A DNA stretch of 62,900 nucleotides, filler included, from Catajapyx aquilonaris (Eukaryota), in NCBI GenBank assembly GCA_000934665.2. It is 2 parts of 2 records of this genome, joined end to end, with 100 filler letters (N's around TTAATTAATTAA, not from the genome) between each part and the next. Parts side by side here need not be neighbours in the genome. Positions count along the whole stretch, not along the records: positions 1 to 31,381 come from JYFJ02004538.1; 1 more part is not named here. One strand, given 5' to 3'. The notes beneath the pieces are model-generated. The model did not search any database. It worked only from the letters and a program-made list of their open reading frames with translations, and was not told where the DNA came from. Positions 1 to 12,517 of this stretch are shown here, piece by piece. The position numbers and the translations under genes were made by a program. Positions within the stretch are counted from its first letter, which is position 1. Every line of letters starts with the position of its first letter.

Positions 1-1561
1 ACCCCCAAACTTCGAACATTCCCAGAATCTAGGAGAGAAACTGAACTTAAATTAGTATGACTTGCGGTTCTCCCGATCATCTCTTCTCGACCAAAAAGAA
101 AAATAACTGGAGCGAAGGTCAGGCACTCGCAGCAGGTCCCAGGCGTAACCATGTTTCTCAGATTAAAATATCACGAAGTGCAAAAAATATGTACCGGAAC
201 ACCGAGTAATTGAAAGCTTTTCAAGTTTAAATCTTTCAAATGCATTTACTCTGCCTTTGAAATTAACCTATGCGTGCAAATTACCATTTCAATCTTTTGC
301 CAAAACTCCACGCTCTGGATATGGCAATAAACTCTGAATACGTGTGATAAGTTACACATGTTTAAACACTAGCGATAGTATTCGTCTTTACATTCCAATA
401 AATATTTGCAGTGTATGACTTGTCTATAGTCTACTCAACCATCAGCATGCTCATGACACGCGATTTGCGCAGTTTCTCGCACTGCGCTACAATGATACAA
501 CATTGCTCTGATATTCAAATGATGATGATGAGGACGCATGCAATTTGCATCATCAATGAAAGCAAAAAATAACTTGAACGGAAAGGCAAAGTACACAAAC
601 CCAGACATACGGGTTTGTCTTTCGTGCCTTTTTTTTGCCCACAGGCGCCCAAGGGACATAAAACTATACGCTCCTGCTGTACTTACGAAATGTTTTATAT
701 GCATTCATATAAAGTAAACCGGCTTACTAAATAATGTCCCTGTATTGCACAGGCTGTCCACTATTAAATGCGTGCTTCCACAGGCTCGGCATTGATATGA
801 AGGTGAGGCTATACAGACCTACAGCAGTAACCTCCCATTATATTATTGTTATTATTACATGTACTTTAAGGAGATAAGATATATTAACTTCGACCACCCA
901 TTTTGTTACAAACGTCAGAATAAATTAATGAATAAATGAATATACAATTATATAGCATTCCAAAGTTCCGATTATATCCAGTAAATTGCCAGTGATCACG
1001 CATTATTCTCATTGCCGTGACAATTAATCTGTCAACTATTATACATGCCGCGCAAAAAAAGACAACAGGCCTAACAATTAATTATTTTAAATGCAAAAAT
1101 GAGACTCCCTATCCGAAATTATATTCCGCTCGTGTGCCTCCAAAAGGAACCACTTCCAGTCCCTATTTTTTGTTGGTATCCCCCACCCCTCCCTTCTATA
1201 TTTTTTTCTGCAGTCCCCTTTTTTGCTATCTTTTTTTCAGCCATTTTTTCCTGTCCAGCAGAAGGGGTCCCCCCTCTTTAGCAATGGAGAGTAGCACTAA
1301 TAAAGTGCTAATGAATGGCCAGTTAATACTTCCAGATAAAACATGTGGAGGATCTACCGCAGAGTGGATGGATATAAGACGCCGGCGGGACTTGTTAGCT
1401 TTCTTTTTATCAGACCCCCTTGCCTCTAACATTGATAAGGGTGGCCCACACTGGATGCCTGCATAAAAGGTGCTTAGATGGAGATGTATCCCCTCACCTG
1501 AGGGACGGACCTCTTTGCCCAAATAAACAAGGCGCGTGCCCAAACCACTATTTATGCGCAC

Positions 1562-1635
1562 GGAGGCGTTCTAGTCTAGTGGTTAGGCACTCGGCCTGTC
1601 ATTTAGGAGGTCACGGGTTTGAGTCTCAGTATTGA
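1562..1635 (+). pseudogene. Degenerate tRNA-Asp(GTC)-like sequence (pseudogene or SINE head)
   Basis: A box TAGTCTAGTGG, loop CTGTCAT, degraded B box GGGTTTGAGTCTC. Anticodon and acceptor stems pair poorly. Confidence 0.55.
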
Positions 1636-2777
1636 TCATTCTGTGACTTTTGTTCCCCTAGTCAGTCACATATTAATTATTTAGGGAGATAATTTTCGTT
1701 CACAATGCTCATTGCACTATCATAAGCCAATAATGTCATAAATGTTTGGGCTGCCATTTACTATTGTCTCGGTGTGGGGGCGTTGTGGTATATTTGTTTT
1801 CCGGTTTTATCGTTAGTCTTGATTTGATATAAGATTCTATTGTTAATGTCCATTTTTACGCTGAATTGGTAATAATGTTGACGTTACCATGCAGATGCAT
1901 GGGCAATTGCACTGCAACAATATTGTAACACTGACATTATAATGGATCCCCTTGGGCTGTGAAAATGAAGCGGGATGCCTAATATTATCAGCTACTTATT
2001 GTTATCATACTTTTTAAAATTTTATGTATTCCTATATCCAGTTTCAATTTATGCCGGAAAAATAGCCACCTCAAGTACACGTTTAACCGGCAACTCGGTT
2101 AACAGTACTCGATCTGTGCTTGTTTCAAAATCATTATTTTATGTGAATATATCAGGAAAAAGAAGCACATCGGAAAAAATGTACGATTGAAATTATAAGT
2201 TTCTTGGGGACGTGCAGGAAAGTTTGCTATAATTAAGAAGCAATACAACCCCAAGTGTTGGTTTTTAATTTTATATATATAAAGGAGGCCATCACACTGG
2301 TCCCAGGGGGTTTTCTATTAAAACGGACAGTGACATGAAGTTAATCGTGACGTAATTACTATAAAGTTAAAATTCGAGGGTTGTAAATAAAGCAATGTCA
2401 ATATGCGTACAAAATGTAAACAGGATTAGTACTTATTTAGATCTGGACATTCCTTCACTTTCCTGTAATTAATTTCCTGCCATTTTTGTATAAATGACGA
2501 AGCTTATTTATATGGAAGAGTGACTTTTACCTGAGTTAGCGGAATATTATGTAATGGAGCTCTGCAAAATTATATTTCAACGCAGCTTTAACGCTGGGAG
2601 TCTCTAATTTAATGCGTTTGCTTTTATATTCGCAAATTCCACAAACATCAGTTTGCATGACAAAAGGTGGTGGGAATGTCAGCGTGACGTATTTTTGACC
2701 AAGTCTAGCCCTGCGTGACTGTGCGTGACATGTGAATGGGAGGATCAAAAGGGCCAAAATCAGCATGATGTACTACT

Positions 2778-2888
2778 CAGGGATGGAAAAAGAACCGCTT
2801 CTTTGGGCGGTAAGCGGTTCTTTTTCTATCCCTGCACATGGAAAAAAGAAGCGCTTCTTGGAAGGAAGCGGTACTTTTTCCATCCCTG
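2778..2888. mobile_element. 111-bp hAT-type MITE
   Basis: TIR CAGGGATGGAAAAAG / CTTTTTCCATCCCTG. Perfect 8-bp TSD GTACTACT (2770-2777, 2889-2896). An extra internal copy of the right TIR lies at ~2820-2834. Confidence 0.9.
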
Positions 2889-5846
2889 GTACTACTCTCT
2901 ATAAGTTATATGAATGTCCCCCAACTCAATAAGAATCTTCACTTCGTCTGTTCGCTTCCTGGCACATTACACTGACTTGTGTGAGTTTACTCAATGGGCA
3001 TAGTAAATTACAATTTAGGCCACACGATGGATAACTTAGAATCTACAGTCTAATAAGTGCTGGTTGGGAGGGATACACTGGATCACCCTGTATATGCATG
3101 CTGCAAAAACCGCATTGGCAGGCTATAAATTGAACTGTCCCGCTTGTTGTATGGTAAACTTCGACACTCATTATAAAGTATAATATTTTATCAGATGGTA
3201 TCCTCGGCACTGTGTCTCTCATTCCACAACACCACCGATGCCACCTACACCCGGTCATGATTACTAACATCTTAATCTGGGCGTGACATCTACTTTGAGA
3301 TGTATCAGGTGGACCTCCTCTGCCAGGTGAGCAGTGTTTAAATGTGGTGTACAAATAAATCGTTTTATTAATCATGCACAACCTCCTAAAATAAAGTTAC
3401 GTCACTTATTTACAAGCAATCACAAAACAAACGCAACCCCACTGCGCCCTCATTATGGCGCAGCCATATTTGTTTATGAGAGACATCTACCCCCAAAGCA
3501 GTGACTTGCAGATGAAAATAAAGAATCCCCTGCGGCCATGGAGAAGAAAAGGATGAGACTCGTCCCAGGAGGTGAGCGCCTTTTTTATGCCCTGTCTGAG
3601 TCTTCGTGGCTGGCAAAATACATCGTGAGCCAAAAGAGCAGCCCTTACAACCATTGTCTTTCCAGTTGGCGGTTACAAAGAATGCAGCAAATGCGACTTT
3701 TGCCCCGTCTGTTCCAACGGGTAGGTTTGTATGCAGATTTGAGATAACCGTGACATCTGGTGAAAGTTCACTTGGAGTATGGGTTCCCATTATAGAGTCC
3801 GATGTTATTTTCCTATGGTAATTACTTGGTGACATGATTGATCCATTTTTGGTGTAGTGTTCTTCGTTAGTGGTCAACCAGCAAAATACCACAAGAGAGG
3901 GGTTTACAAACGTCTTCATTTTAATGTACCTATCGTAATATTTATTCATAATTAATATAAGTTCGTATTAAGGGCGATAATATCTCGTCTGAATTTGAAA
4001 GCTATAGATATGTGTGGAAATCAACAGCATCTTGCGCATACTAGATTACGTAACAACCACAGTTTATGATATTAATATGTTGTGGTACTGACAAGAGTAA
4101 AAATAAGGAGGCATTTCACAAGGACATGCATTCTACCTGCATATACTGAAAGATTCAACAGCAAGTATTACACTTCGTACTGCTTCTAATTAAAAATCCA
4201 TAACTAGACAGACGAAAGGCCATTATACATTATCATATCTTCGTCTTCTTGAGGTACGGCATTACACCCATTATTATTATTATATAGCTTCGTCTTCCAG
4301 GATTTTTTCCTCTCGAGAAGTTTTACATAAAGTTGAAAAGATTTTTTGGCGTCCGCTCAGAAATTCATAACTCCATATGATATATGGGTATCTAAAAATA
4401 CAGGATCGTTTTCACGCATTCAATTAAATGTCAATGTCTGGAAACAAATTGAAATCAAACCAATAATTCATTTTGCACATTACATAGCATACATACGATA
4501 TAGGCAACGATGATATACTCTGGCATATAGCTTATAGAGTGGAGTTATAGGGGTATGGACATATTAAATTTATTCTGGCACCTGTTGGGGAGATGCATTT
4601 TGAATTACCAATTCTCAAATGGTTTTCCATCCCAACTCATTACGTATATCCCACAAAAAGTGTTTACCAATAACATTTCTTCTGAAGTAATTTACCACGA
4701 ATATTGCGCTTTGAAGAGCCTGATCTTTACCATATAATCAACTCTAGTGTGCAAAGTTAAGCTATTATTTTTTGTTATTTTTTTACAGTGGCACATATTT
4801 TCCATACCGGTATTTCTTCAAATTCAAAAAAGGGCAAGTGCATGCCACCGGTACATTCAGCAAATGACATCCCGTTGTTTAATCTGGATGCTTTAAATTC
4901 CTGCTTCTGCACCATTGTCCTCGTAATTTTCGCATATATGCAGTGGTGTTGTGACACAAATTAATGCAACTAGGTTGAATAAATGCACTATTGCCAAATC
5001 CGATTTACGCATCATATCCGATACACCGCCAAATATTTTTTGTTAGGTGTAGAGGTGGAGTGGAGTAGTGCACTCGATAACAACCTAATTGTAATGAGTT
5101 TTGATACTCAAGTAGTATTACGCCATAACTAATATTTAAAAAGTTTTAAAATTTCAAACAAAATTAAAGAAATGATAATTTCAAACAGTGTGGCGGTTCT
5201 TTATGAGTCCCCCTGTATAATCCAGATCTGTTCGCATTTTACTACCCAAAGGGGCGTGTCAAGTCATACCAGGAGACAAACTCTGCCAGGTGTGTTCCTA
5301 GGCGTGGGAGCTACCAGTTGTATTTTTGGTAGGTGTAAGTGGAAACGAGGGGGAGAGGAGGAGATATGGTGGGGAGAAGGGATATTTTTCAGAGCCAGTA
5401 TTGATCAAGCCTTTAAAAAAATTAATGGAGAGATGGGGATGGATTCTCATTGGGGACGTCAGGTTTAGCTTGCCATTTTGCTCGTTTCGCATGCAATCCA
5501 CATGTGGGCTTCGCCATCTGAAACTCTGACATGCTGCCTCAACTTGTATGCGTACAACCATCGACCAGGGGGGTTTGAGGCCCGAGGAAAAATTGTTTTA
5601 TTTACTGGAGCCTTAGTATTAGTTTTCACCTGGGAAACGCCTACTGCAGGTGACTGAGGCCATGGAGTGATTTGTTTAACAGTGTGGAAGCATTTTTGTT
5701 TCGAAAAAAATCAATTAATGTAACTTACAGGATATGCATATATCAAGTTTTCAAAACCAGTTACCTACTTTTGTGTTAGTTTTCAGCTTATAGGGCATCA
5801 TGAAGTATATGGAAAACCTATCACAGAAGGACATATTTTGCTAGAT

Positions 5847-8259
5847 GGGTCATTCCATGTCAATACAGACAAGTTGGTGGTTCTACCATCTCAGAATTTG
5901 ATATAAAAATCATGTGCGTACACACACATGAGCTGTTGCTAAAAACGAAATTAGAGCCACCCAGGCGAAAATCCCACGGAGATATGGCAACGTCTTTCGG
6001 CAACAATGGAGCCGGACTGACAATTTATTTCAGGTAGAGTTCCTGTTGTAAACCCATGGTCATATATATCAAAAGAACGGGAATGAAAATGAAGAATATT
6101 GAGGTGGCAACAGTTTTAACCTAGAACGCAAAATAAAAATTCTAAAAAATTCGAATTAGTGTGAAAAAATGGCACATTTCCGATGGTCCAATGTCACTGT
6201 TAAACACATGCTAGGAGTGTGAAATTAATATGGTAGATACATTGTCATGTGTTCCTTACTACTGTATAAGGAAAACAATACAGATCAAGCAGTCTTGGAA
6301 ATAATAAATCATGAAATTCAAATTTTCTGTAAGTTGGTCATCTTTGAGGTCATTTTTCTCAATAGAGGACTGGGCCGATTTTCAAGTTACAAGAGTTAAA
6401 ATAAGCATAGTTGTATGATCGACATATCGATATAAGAATAGTTCGTGTGCCATGAGCGATTCACCCGCAGCAAACTTTTAAATACAGCTCAAAATAACAC
6501 GGATTATACTGGGAAATCCTATGCTTCTCATTGTTAAACATATGGTAAAAGTGTGATTTTCATATGGTACGTACGTGGTCATCTGGTCACTACTACTGTA
6601 GAAGAACAACATCTCAAGTCAAACAGTCTTGGAAATAATAATAAATCCTTAAATGCCCACTTTCACATAATTTGGTAATCTTTGAGGTCATTTTTCTCAA
6701 TGTGGGACTGGACCGATTTTAAAGTTACATGTCTTAAAAGAAGCGTCTTTCCATGCTTGACCCCAGAGATATAATAACTATTCTGCTCCCTGAGCGGTTC
6801 ACCCGCAACACATTAAATACAGCGCCAAATAACGTAGAGTAGGTTATAGGAGGATTTTGAAATGTTCTGTGGGTGAACTCTCAGGGGGCAGAATAGTTCT
6901 TATATCTCTTGGGTCAAGCATGGAAAGACGCTTCTTTTAAGACATACAACTTTAAAATCGGTCCAGTGCATCCACATATTCTTTCAACTTTTAAACACTT
7001 TTTATTAATCATGCGAAAAATTTCTGACTTCATATCTGCAAGCATTGTGCCAGCCACTGCACCAGCCAGCCAAAACAGCTTGTAAAAACGTGAGCAAGAG
7101 CCTCGCATTTCAGCAACAGTGAAAACAGAGTCCTTTTATAATGAATATAAAACTATACCCGTGTATGCAGTGCCCAAGTCCGCAACTATTCAAGGAATAT
7201 AGGGATTGTTTATCCCAGAAACTAGTCAAAACGAATCAACCAATTAGAGGCAATAAACAGGACCCCATTAATTTGTCGAGATTGTTCGCTGTTAACTGGA
7301 CGGCAATATTTTATGTTGATATGTTCCAATAAATACCCCTATAGATATTGGCTCCAATCCATAAAATAACTTATTGAGGACTGGAGGAATAACTTGCTTA
7401 TTCCTTTTTAAATTGATTTCTGTAGTAAACAATGTAAAACTTCTTCCTTTGACCTGGAGACATGCTCTGGCCATAAACTGTTGCCAAGAGCAATAAATGA
7501 ATATTATATGTAGATACGTTTGTGCTGTGTACAAGCTCTGTTATATCAATTTTGTACATGTTTTATTATTACAAGACCGAAATATATAGCAAAATAGGCT
7601 TATCAATAAAACTCTCAAACCTGTTCCCACTTATTTCAATAGTGTTCGCGTTTCATGACAATACACGTAACTGGAACTATAGCGGAAGTCTTCGGGCATC
7701 CAACATTGGTGGCACGCAGCATTCTTGAAAATTTCTCATATTGACCAGCAGGGATTCTAAAATAATGTCCGACCTCCTATTTTAGGTTGACCACATACTG
7801 CTTAAAAAACGAGTCATGCCCTCAACCTTCAAATAGCGAAATAGGGCTCAAACTAGGTATTTCACGTTAAGTCGTGGGTACTCTCTAAAAAAAATAGAGT
7901 TAAAAAAACTCAAGTTGGGTTCTTTTTAACTCTTTTAACCTTGAAAGTGGTCATTACCAAAAATGAGTTATAATAACTCTTTCGCTGGAGTTAAAACAAC
8001 TCTTTCAGTTCATTTCATCCTCCGAAAGAGTTATTCATTAACTCTTTCGGAGGATGAAATGAACTAAAAGAGTTGTTTGAACTCCAGCAAAGAGTTATTA
8101 TAACTCATTTTTGGTAATGACCACTTTCAAGGTTTAAAAGAGTTAATTTAACTCTTATTTTTTTAGAGATATACTGCACATGCACCCACAATTTTTTTTC
8201 AAGGGGACTACATCATGGTATAGGGTTCCCACTTCGTCTGAGTTGAGATGGAATGACCC
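5847..8259. mobile_element. ~2.4-kb non-autonomous DNA transposon with GGGTCATTCCAT termini (Sola2-like, tentative)
   Basis: Left end gggtcattccatgtcaatacagac versus reverse complement of the right end gggtcattccatctcaactcagac. No matching TSD seen. Contains a ~335-bp tandem duplication (~6200-6530, ~6534-6850) and an inverted copy (6707-6967). Confidence 0.6.
7881..8170. mobile_element. Fold-back MITE (near-perfect ~290-bp palindrome)
   Basis: Arms ~7925-8033 and ~8039-8146 are reverse complements around a ttcat loop. Termini ctctctaaaaaaaat / tatttttttagaga. Confidence 0.85.
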
Positions 8260-10148
8260 TAAAACAAGTTGGAAAGCTTGGAAAGTTGGAATTATTGTAC
8301 AACCAAGTGCACTTTCCATGCTGGAGAAAAGCGCGCTTGTCCTCGACATGAAGTTATTGTAAATCGAGGCAGCACTGTAATAAAACTGCAATATGTCTAC
8401 GTGTGCATTCAACTCCCAAAAAAAAATTGGTAATTCAAAGGCTTCTAAAAAGTTATATTAGGGAGAAAACTGTAGGGCATCTCTTTTTATTGCATATAAA
8501 TGTGAAGTTAGAAGTTAGAAACGTGAATTTTGAAATTGCAAAAGAGAAAGTGCAAGATGAGACGAGGGTTGAAGCTTTGCAAATTTGCAATCATGTTTAC
8601 AACTTTCAACGTCGCCAAGGAGAAGATTGGAACTCACGCGCAATCATCTAATATTTCTGGCAATGATGCAGATGGAACCGTACAGTGCAATCAGAATTGC
8701 ATTATCTAACATTGATATTTGCTGGTGTAGTACTTAGCGCTACAACTTGCCACCTCTGAAGTCCCTGGACCAGAGGAAGAATATTTTCTCACATGGAAAG
8801 GGTTTCAATGGTCTTTATTTTTTGTCTATAGATTTTCTAGGCGTTCTCGCGTATCCGCCAGCAACCAAAATCTATCAGCAGCCCAACAATATTGAATCTC
8901 GAGGATATAAAAGGGGATCCCCTAAAAGGTCAGAAGGCTATCGCTGAGTAACTTCATCATCATCGTCATCATCATTATCATTATGACTGCTATCATTATT
9001 AAATTGATATTTATTAAAATTCACTATTGCGGTTACTAGTCGTATAGTGCAATATTATACTCGTTCAACGCATAATCAATAGTGCGCAATCGTCAAATTT
9101 TTAGTTAATGTCGCGGTTTCAGTAACCAATATGTAACTCTGAAAGTATAGGATGTTATTTAATATTACCTTAAGAAGAAATTAAAAGACAATTCTCGAAT
9201 GTATCAGTGATCTCTTTTGACCATTTCAAATTTTGGAAAACTGTCGAGTTTGCAAATTTCCAGTCCCGCCACTACAACGTGGTGCGAGAAATGCTCCTTT
9301 CCTTTCGGCCATGTAGGTTCCTTTCAAATTTCTACTTGCAATTGCTCTTGCAGACTTTGGACATTTTGGCTCCATTCGGAAATAATTTATAATTCTTGTG
9401 TCGTCACCCATTTCAATGCTGAGGAACGTCCTATTGGTTAAGACGTTAAGTTAATTCCAATCATCCGTTTTTGCCACGTGAGTCTGACCTACAGCCTACA
9501 GGATATTTTCTAACATATCGTGCAAATTTGCATGCATTTATATCCGCAATACAGCCGAAATAGCCATATTCAACTATGGTTTATTTCGTCTGAGAAAATC
9601 GTAAGGAAGCTATGGCTGAGAGCAAATGAAATGAACTCTGCTTTTCCACCTTTTATTTTTCTAATTTACACTATTAGGTAAGTCGGGGGAAGATGTGACC
9701 CCACCCATAACCATGTGTTCTTAAAACATTAATAAATATCTTTCCCCTTTTCCTTTATCTACTTTTTATGGTATGTGTGTGTATATAGCAAAGGTTTCAT
9801 AAAAGATATCTCCATTGGTGGTATTGAGATTGAGTCATTAGGTTTGCTTCTGCACCAGCCTAGGTGCTTAACTGCGGCGGCGTCTTCCCCCGACTTACCA
9901 ATATAATTTGTGAATCTTTTGCACCAAAAATGTAAGTAGAAAACCAAGATAAGCCTTCTACAGAATGATGTCTTGCATCACTTGTCAGCTTCTTTTTCGA
10001 ATGCAAAACATGTCAAGTGGCAAGGGGACAAGAGAGGTGAGGATTGAATTTTTAAATATAGCTAATCACAATTGAGGTGGCTACATTTTATTGCAAGTCA
10101 GCCTTTTCCTATCACCTGAAAAATATTGTGCTACCAAGTTGTTGAAAT

Positions 10149-10219
10149 GCTCATATAGACGAATACATATTTAACAGAGGTGTACCACCTCTGTTAAATA
10201 TGTATTCGTCTATATGAGC
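10149..10219. repeat. Perfect palindrome, 34-bp arms, 3-nt loop
   Basis: gctcatatagacgaatacatatttaacagaggtg-TAC-cacctctgttaaatatgtattcgtctatatgagc. Confidence 0.95.
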
Positions 10220-10968
10220 GTTGTCCGAGGCGGTGAAAGGAGAGAGCAACCCCATAAAAAACTCAAATTGTAAGAAATATCGACTATACTCTCCATTCGT
10301 TTATAAAATCTCTATGTAAAACCGTAACAAGCTCCGTCAGGTGTTGTTATAGTCACAAGGCAAAGGCTAAGGCTAAATAAAGTCGACACAGTTCCAATCA
10401 CGGGGTATCAGAGACACATTTGTTTTTAAAGAATGCTAGTTTTGACATTAGCTTTTGTTTAAGTCAGTGCCTACGGTAGTGCGGTACCAGGAAATCCTGC
10501 AGTTTACCTGCAAATCCCTATGAACTGTGACCAAATGAGAACGGATTGTCGTAAACATTTCGTTTTCTTAATGGTAGCTACTTGGGTAGCTAGTACGTTT
10601 AATGTTTATTACGGTAAGTTAGTTACAAGTTACAATCATGCCGTACCAGCATGTGCCAAGATTATGGATGCTTCGGAAGAGTTCACCGGAGTGTCTGTGC
10701 AGTCTCCGGAGCAGCACGTTGAGCTTCGCGAGTCTATATAGTCAAAACCGAGATAGACTGGACACAGAGAATATGATGAAATGGCTGTGCCTACATCATC
10801 CATTCGAAATAACTTGGTCAATTGCCACGGGCAGAGTAGCCAATGACAAAGTGAACTGTGACAACGCATTGCAAATTGTAACAGCTTCCATGAAGAGCAT
10901 GAAGGGAATCCCGTTTAGTGAATTGCACCTGCGTAGAAAAGACAATGTCGTTTCTCTGGTATGAGCTA

Positions 10969-11776
10969 CGAGGGGTATGGTTATCCGAGAAAAACTAGTC
11001 GACGTGAATCCAGTCCAGTTGTTCGCATGGTGTGCACTGTTCGCATTGTCGCCGGCCAGCTAACTTCGAACCACGCCCGTTTTCGCCCCAGGCTAGCCAA
11101 TAGTGTGATGGTCAGTGACGTCATTTCAAAGTTACCATATGGACATTGCATTTTTAAAATGTAAGGTACTTGCATCAAATAAGGCCCACCTAACAGATAA
11201 CAAATTTTCACCAGTCCCAGTGAATGCTGAGCATTTATTTGACTACATGGACATAATACATCATGTAATAATGCACAAGGTAATCAATATCCGTATTCGT
11301 GGGTTATTTTAAAGTATGAGTTCCAGAATACCCATGCCTTAGTCCATGTCAGTTGTAACAACTCAAACTCTTGCATCATAATAGGTTTGCCCATTAGTAC
11401 ATAACAGATATGAATACAAGTAATGTTCCATACTTCTGGCCACTGAGGTTTTTTTCCTCTGGGATATCCCTAATGGAGTGCGTTTTAAAAATATCCATTG
11501 TTCTGGTTGCCACGGCAGATTGGTAAATAACCCGGAAAAAGGAAATATATACCCTTAAATTGTGTTCCTGCTGCTGGCACCATCCTGCTATGGACGACCC
11601 TGAGGCACATAGCTTTACCCAGGTCGTGCCCCAGGTCAAGAATGTCACAGATCCAGCGGAACTGGCAGCGAAAACGGGAATTGGCAGGTCACGTTCCATT
11701 TTCGGCCGTGTTGTTGATTTTGTGACGTCTCCCTAGCTCACCTATTCAGGAAACCGATAACTGAACGCACCCTTCG
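10969..11776. mobile_element. Probable mariner-type MITE nested in the Academ relic
   Basis: TA|CGAGGGGT..GTTATCCG at the left end versus CCGATAAC..ACCCTTCG at the right (degenerate TIR). It starts exactly where the Academ frame breaks. Confidence 0.45.
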
Positions 11777-11829
11777 AATAAGTTGGGAGTGGGGCTTCTT
11801 CGTCAAGTTCAGTGGTTAGAAACAGACAC

Positions 11830-12152
11830 GGGGAGGTGTGGTGGGCGAGATGGTAACGTCTCGGCTTGCTGAGTGGAAGGTCCCAGGTTCGATCCCCGCC
11901 TGGGAGTTCCCTTTCGTCTGCGTCGGGAGGGTCTCTGACCTGCACCTTGGAGGTGTCTGGCAACCTAACCTCCCGGGGGACTGCACATGGCCCAAAGGTT
12001 AAGACATTGCACCTGCACAAGTGTCCCCTCCCCAACAATCCCTACCCCATTTCCCGAATTCCTTGCAAGGTGACTGAAGAAAAATGGAAAAATTATTCTA
12101 AAGTGGTGGTAATCCACCCCCCTATAAACCCTAATCGGGTTATCACGGGGTA
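11830..12152 (+). mobile_element. tRNA-derived SINE, family 1, copy a
   Basis: A box TGGGCGAGATGG, B box GGTTCGATCCC. Near-identical to the copies at 12188 and 33865. 3' end ..tatcacggggta. Confidence 0.9.
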
Positions 12153-12187
12153 ATAGAAATTTAAAAAATAATAATATGGTAACATAT

Positions 12188-12517
12188 GGGGGGAAGGTGT
12201 GGTGGCCGAGATGGTGACGTCTCGGCTTGCTGAATAAAAGGTCCCAGGTTCGATCCCCGCCTGGGAGTTCCCTTTCACCTGCGTCGGGATGGTCTCTGAC
12301 CTGCACCTTGGAGGTGTCTGGCAACCTAACCTCCTGGGGCAACCTTGAGGCCCAACCTTGAGACATTGCACTTGCACCCGTGTCCCCTCCCCAAAAATCC
12401 CTATCCTCTCACATTGCCCTGTTTCCTTTCACCGGAGATTGAAGAAAAGGTACAAGAAAAATTGATGGTGGTGTACCACCCCCAAAACGGCCTATATGTA
12501 GGCCTATCACGAGGTTT
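12188..12517 (+). mobile_element. tRNA-derived SINE, family 1, copy b (tandem to copy a)
   Basis: A box TGGCCGAGATGG, B box GGTTCGATCCC. Same body as copy a. Confidence 0.9.

Noticed and set aside
3410..3949. 179-aa minus-strand ORF
   Set aside because: No recognisable motif or coherent composition; cannot support as a CDS.
8731..8811. EEEYFLTWKGFQ, reminiscent of a BTB-domain N-terminus
   Set aside because: No continuation (DVTL-type motif) found and weak splice sites.
11830..11905. SINE heads (also 12188, 16157, 33434, 59990, 61230) as functional tRNA genes
   Set aside because: Cloverleaf stems do not pair; each continues into a repeat body, several with tail and TSD.
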